A DNA stretch of 64,000 nucleotides, taken from NCBI GenBank assembly GCA_037443035.1, contig JBBIPC010000002.1:192001-256000 (forward strand), given 5' to 3'. Positions 60,326-64,000 of this stretch are shown here, in pieces. The first letter of the stretch is position 1; every line of letters starts with the position of its first letter. The translations under genes were made by a program, and so were the position numbers. Below the pieces are notes generated by a model. That model saw nothing but the letters and a program-made list of their open reading frames with translations. It was not told the DNA's origin and searched no databases. The stretch is from Chthonomonadales bacterium. Lineage in GTDB: Bacteria > Armatimonadota > Chthonomonadetes > Chthonomonadales > CAJBBX01.

Positions 60326-61645
60326 ATGGGAAGCAAACTCACTCGCCGCGAGTTCTTGAAGACGGCAGGGGCAGCTTCGGTCGCCCCAGTCATCGTTCCG
60401 GCGTCTGCACTGGGGCGCCAAGGGAAGACACCACCGAGCGAACGGATCACCATTGGCGTTATCGGTGTGGGCTTTCAGGCCCGGGGCCATCTCGGCCTTC
60501 TCATCCGCCATCCCGACGTCAAGGTACTGGCAGTGTGCGAAGTGGACCGGACGCGTCGTGAGCATGCCAAACATATGGTAGAAGAGTGGTACTCCGCAGA
60601 TTCCTCGATAGGAAGCTACAAAGGCTGCGACGCTTACGTGGACTTCCGTGAGCTGGTGGCCAGGCCTGATATTGATGCCGTTCTCATCGCCACGCCCGAT
60701 CACTGGCACTGTATTCCGGCAGTGGAAGCCATGAAGCACGGAAAAGATGTGTACTGCGAGAAACCCCTGACACTCACCATTGCCGAGGCCAGATTGCTCA
60801 TCGAGGTTACGCGAAGACGCAAGCGGGTCTTTCAGGTCGGTAGCCAGCAGCGTTCGAGCAGGGAGTTCCGTGTGGCTTGCGAGGCTGTGCGGAACGGCCG
60901 AATTGGAAAGATCAAGCAGGTCTACGTGTCTGTTGGGGGACCCAGCCGCTGGTGCGACCTACCAGAGGAACCGCTGGAGCCAGGGCTTGATTGGGACATG
61001 TGGTTGGGCCCGGCTCCTCTGCGCCCCTACAATTCCGAGCTGAGCCCGCGTGGCGTCCACAACCACTTCCCCAACTGGCGTTCGTACCGCGAGTACTCCG
61101 GCGGCGGCATGACCGACTGGGGCGCGCATCACTTCGATATCGCTCAGTGGGGACTTGGAATGGACGAGAGCGGTCCCATCGAGATCATCCCGCCAGAAGA
61201 TCCCAAGGCAGGGATTGGCGTCCGATTCATCTACGAAGGCGGTGTGGAAGTCATCCATGGAGGCTGGACGACACCCGAGGGCCAGGGTATAGGCGGTGTG
61301 AATTTCGTCGGGGAGAATGGCGCTATCCACGTGGACCGGGGGCAACTTCAGAGCTGGCCCGAGTCAGTGGTGAAAGAGCCGCTTGGTGCCAACGAGAAAC
61401 CTCTCTACAAGTCCCCGGGCCATCATCAGGACTGGTTCGACTGCATCCGCAGCCGCAAGCGTCCTATCTGTGACGTGGAGATTGGCGCACGATCCGTGAC
61501 AGTCTGCCATCTGGGCAACCTGGCCTACTGGAACGGTCGTCCGCTTCGATGGGACCCCAAGCGGTGGAGGTTCGTCAACGATAAGGAAGCGGACTCCTGG
61601 CGCGACAGGCAGCGCCGGGCACCCTGGGACAAGTGGCGGCCATAG
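60326..61645 (+). CDS. Gfo/Idh/MocA oxidoreductase with Tat signal
   Basis: Motifs LTRREFLK, ATPDHWH, DVYCEKPL, QVGSQQRS and GGGMTDWGAHH. Confidence 0.93.
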   Translation: MGSKLTRREFLKTAGAASVAPVIVPASALGRQGKTPPSERITIGVIGVGFQARGHLGLLIRHPDVKVLAVCEVDRTRREHAKHMVEEWYSADSSIGSYKGCDAYVDFRELVARPDIDAVLIATPDHWHCIPAVEAMKHGKDVYCEKPLTLTIAEARLLIEVTRRRKRVFQVGSQQRSSREFRVACEAVRNGRIGKIKQVYVSVGGPSRWCDLPEEPLEPGLDWDMWLGPAPLRPYNSELSPRGVHNHFPNWRSYREYSGGGMTDWGAHHFDIAQWGLGMDESGPIEIIPPEDPKAGIGVRFIYEGGVEVIHGGWTTPEGQGIGGVNFVGENGAIHVDRGQLQSWPESVVKEPLGANEKPLYKSPGHHQDWFDCIRSRKRPICDVEIGARSVTVCHLGNLAYWNGRPLRWDPKRWRFVNDKEADSWRDRQRRAPWDKWRP

Positions 61646-61700
61646 AGCCGTGCGTCCGCTCCCTGGTTTCATGCATGGCAGGACGCGCACGCTGTCAGCC

Positions 61701-64000
61701 ATGACGTCGTTGCTCGACCGTTGGGAGGACAGGCTCGCCCTGGGCTGCATCTTCCTGGCGCTCGTGGCGGCCCCCATGCTCCCAGTCGGTGCGGATACCG
61801 GAAGGGATACGCGTTTCTCCCGTAGCTTGGTACTGGCCTGGTATCCAGCGCCCCGCATCGCCATGGTTGGTGACGTGGATGGAGATGGCCGGCACGACTT
61901 CGTCGGCTATTACCCGGGCGATAGAGGCATCATTGACGTCGCCCGTATGTCCAGCTTGGGCAAGCCCTTGCCTGCGATTCAGGCCAACACACAGGCCGGT
62001 CCGAACGCGTTGACTGCACTCTGCGCGAACTTCGTCCCTGGGGAACGCGCTTGCGTGCTTCTTGTGATGCCTGACGGTGAGCTACGCTTGGTCCACGGGG
62101 CGTCTCCTGGGCAGACAGTATTGCCGAAGGTGGATGCGGTAGGGTCTGTTGCGCCACCCGTACTGCCCAAGTCACCGCTGTTGGCTGCAGTCGGCGATTT
62201 CGACGGCGAAGGATTGCCGGACGCAGTGCTCGACGGAGCGGACGGACGGCTCCTGGTGCTGCGCAACGCATGCACCTCTGGACACCTCGAGTTCCGGGCC
62301 GTGCATTGTGGTCGCGTCGGGAAGCTACGAAGGCTCGTCGCGGCGGATGTCGACGGTGATGGGTCAGCAGAGGTCATCGGTCAGAAGACCGCAGGCCAAG
62401 TCGTTCGTTGGCGGGTTACACGTGATAGCAAGGGTACGCTGCGACTGACCGATGCTACCATCCTTGCCCGCGGCAAGACCGGAGATGGTCTGGCAGCCGG
62501 CCGCTTCCGCGGAGGCAAAGCCGCCGACATCCTCATCGGTCGCCGGTTGTATCACGGACAGACTGAGGAACCTACCATCCCATTAGCGACAGACGCCAGA
62601 ACCGACTATGCGTGGCTTGTCGGCGATCTCGATGGTGACGGAGACGATGACCTTGTGCGCTGCCAGCGCGGCCCTGATCCCATCGACGGGGACCATGTGC
62701 GGGTCCATTACGCTTTCACTGGCGATGAAGTCGAGGGGGCACCATTCGGTGACTTCGACAATGACGGTCTGCTCAACGCCTGGGAGACTGGTCGTATACG
62801 ACCCGGCGGCCTGGACCTGCCGGCGTTAGGGTGTTCTCCGCGACGACAGGATGTCATCTGCGAGGTGCAGCGGTTCGAGGACTTCCCAGAAGACCGCACA
62901 CGTGCTGAGATGGAGCGAGTTGCCGCGTACTTCCGTAGCCTCCCCACGACGAACCCCGATGGCACCACCGGCATTCATCTCCACGTCATCATCAGAGAAC
63001 CCATACCGCTGGCGGATCTTGCCAAACCGTGGTGGACCAACGGAGAGAAGTACCACCCCCTGGCGCATCGTGGCATTACACACTGGATGCAGGTCGCCAA
63101 CGGCGGCGGAGGTCAGTCTAGCGAGCTATCCGATCGTGGCGGGTGTGGCGGCCTGGCCTTGTATGCTACGTTCATCCACGAGTTCGGCCATCAACTCGGC
63201 CTGGACCACTCGGGACGCTGGAAATGTGGTCAGTGCCCAGTCTACCCGAGCCTGATGAACTACGCCTACAGCTATCAGCTCGGTGGCAAGGGCGACGCGA
63301 TCGGCTACTCCAACGGTCGCCTGCGCCATATCGTCCTGCGGGAATGGGATCTGTCGGAGTACCTTCCTGCCAAACCCGAAGACCTCGTGTCCGTGTCCGG
63401 CCCTCCCTACCATTTCCGGGTCCGACCGGCGCCAGACGGCAAAGGAACTCTCGTCGACTGGAACTGGAATGGCATCTTTGGCGAGCAGCACGTCAAGGCT
63501 GATGTGGACTACGGCTACTCGACGACGGCAGGTCTGCGTCACACGATCGGCAAGACCTACACTGCGCCCGCACTCGTCACCATCGGCACCGGCTCCCGAG
63601 AGAGGCTCCTGCTGTTCGGCACGCGACTGCCACAAGGAGCTCCACTACCGCCGGCCGATGCCTCGGCATTGCACCCGAGTCTGGGTCGTGAGGAGCCTGG
63701 GCGCCTCTACGTCCGAGTCTGGCTCGGTACGGACCCATCACGGGATGGACCGAAGTGGAGTGACGAGACATGGCTGGAGACGGAAGGGGTCACAGGCGAT
63801 CCGTCTGCGTGCCGTCTCGGCGATCGGGCAGTTGTTGCCTACCCCACGCTAGCCGGCGTGAGTTTGCGTGCTGTGTATCTGCAACGTGACAGCAGGCCAG
63901 TAGCCAGTGCTCCGGTTCTGGTCCCGAACAGCGCAGGAGCCGAGGTGACCGTCGCTAGGGTCCAGCGGCGTATCCTTGTCGTTCTTTGGCGTGGAGCGGG
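61701..64000 (+). CDS. Secreted FG-GAP/VCBS-repeat protein with metzincin zinc-protease domain (3' truncated; absent from ORF track)
   Basis: The frame from ATG 61701 (or 61671) appears open to the window end. It has a signal-like hydrophobic segment, the repeats GDVDGDG, GDFDGEG, ADVDGDG and GDLDGDG, HEFGHQLGLDH at 63177-63209, and the Met-turn SLMNY. Confidence 0.85.
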   Translation, partial: MTSLLDRWEDRLALGCIFLALVAAPMLPVGADTGRDTRFSRSLVLAWYPAPRIAMVGDVDGDGRHDFVGYYPGDRGIIDVARMSSLGKPLPAIQANTQAGPNALTALCANFVPGERACVLLVMPDGELRLVHGASPGQTVLPKVDAVGSVAPPVLPKSPLLAAVGDFDGEGLPDAVLDGADGRLLVLRNACTSGHLEFRAVHCGRVGKLRRLVAADVDGDGSAEVIGQKTAGQVVRWRVTRDSKGTLRLTDATILARGKTGDGLAAGRFRGGKAADILIGRRLYHGQTEEPTIPLATDARTDYAWLVGDLDGDGDDDLVRCQRGPDPIDGDHVRVHYAFTGDEVEGAPFGDFDNDGLLNAWETGRIRPGGLDLPALGCSPRRQDVICEVQRFEDFPEDRTRAEMERVAAYFRSLPTTNPDGTTGIHLHVIIREPIPLADLAKPWWTNGEKYHPLAHRGITHWMQVANGGGGQSSELSDRGGCGGLALYATFIHEFGHQLGLDHSGRWKCGQCPVYPSLMNYAYSYQLGGKGDAIGYSNGRLRHIVLREWDLSEYLPAKPEDLVSVSGPPYHFRVRPAPDGKGTLVDWNWNGIFGEQHVKADVDYGYSTTAGLRHTIGKTYTAPALVTIGTGSRERLLLFGTRLPQGAPLPPADASALHPSLGREEPGRLYVRVWLGTDPSRDGPKWSDETWLETEGVTGDPSACRLGDRAVVAYPTLAGVSLRAVYLQRDSRPVASAPVLVPNSAGAEVTVARVQRRILVVLWRGA

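Overview
High-GC bacterial chromosomal window, almost entirely coding. The lineage is probably Armatimonadota, inferred from the '[29 protein letters not shown]' prepilin/DUF1559 family. Housekeeping genes include surE, glnA-glnB, topA-trmFO, a cold-shock protein and gltBD. There is also a complete six-gene Ech-type (group 4) [NiFe]-hydrogenase operon directly behind a tricorn protease. Many genes relate to carbohydrates: DUF1080, GH172, GH144, two beta-helix proteins, a sugar ABC transporter, two Tat-signal Gfo/Idh/MocA oxidoreductases and an isomerase/aldolase pair. The most striking structure is a three-gene cassette present three times: a LacI repressor, a small membrane-anchored Pro/Gly-rich protein and a type-IV-pilin-like DUF1559 (H-X9-DG) protein. 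Each copy has its own sigma70-like promoter and distinct operator repeats, and one is translationally coupled to a GH144 beta-1,2-glucanase. This looks like a sugar-inducible, pilin-based glycan sensing or capture system. A large FG-GAP/metzincin ORF missing from the ORF track runs off the right end. I recognised no rRNA, tRNA, CRISPR array or transposase. All calls come from reading motifs by eye; no database searches were run.
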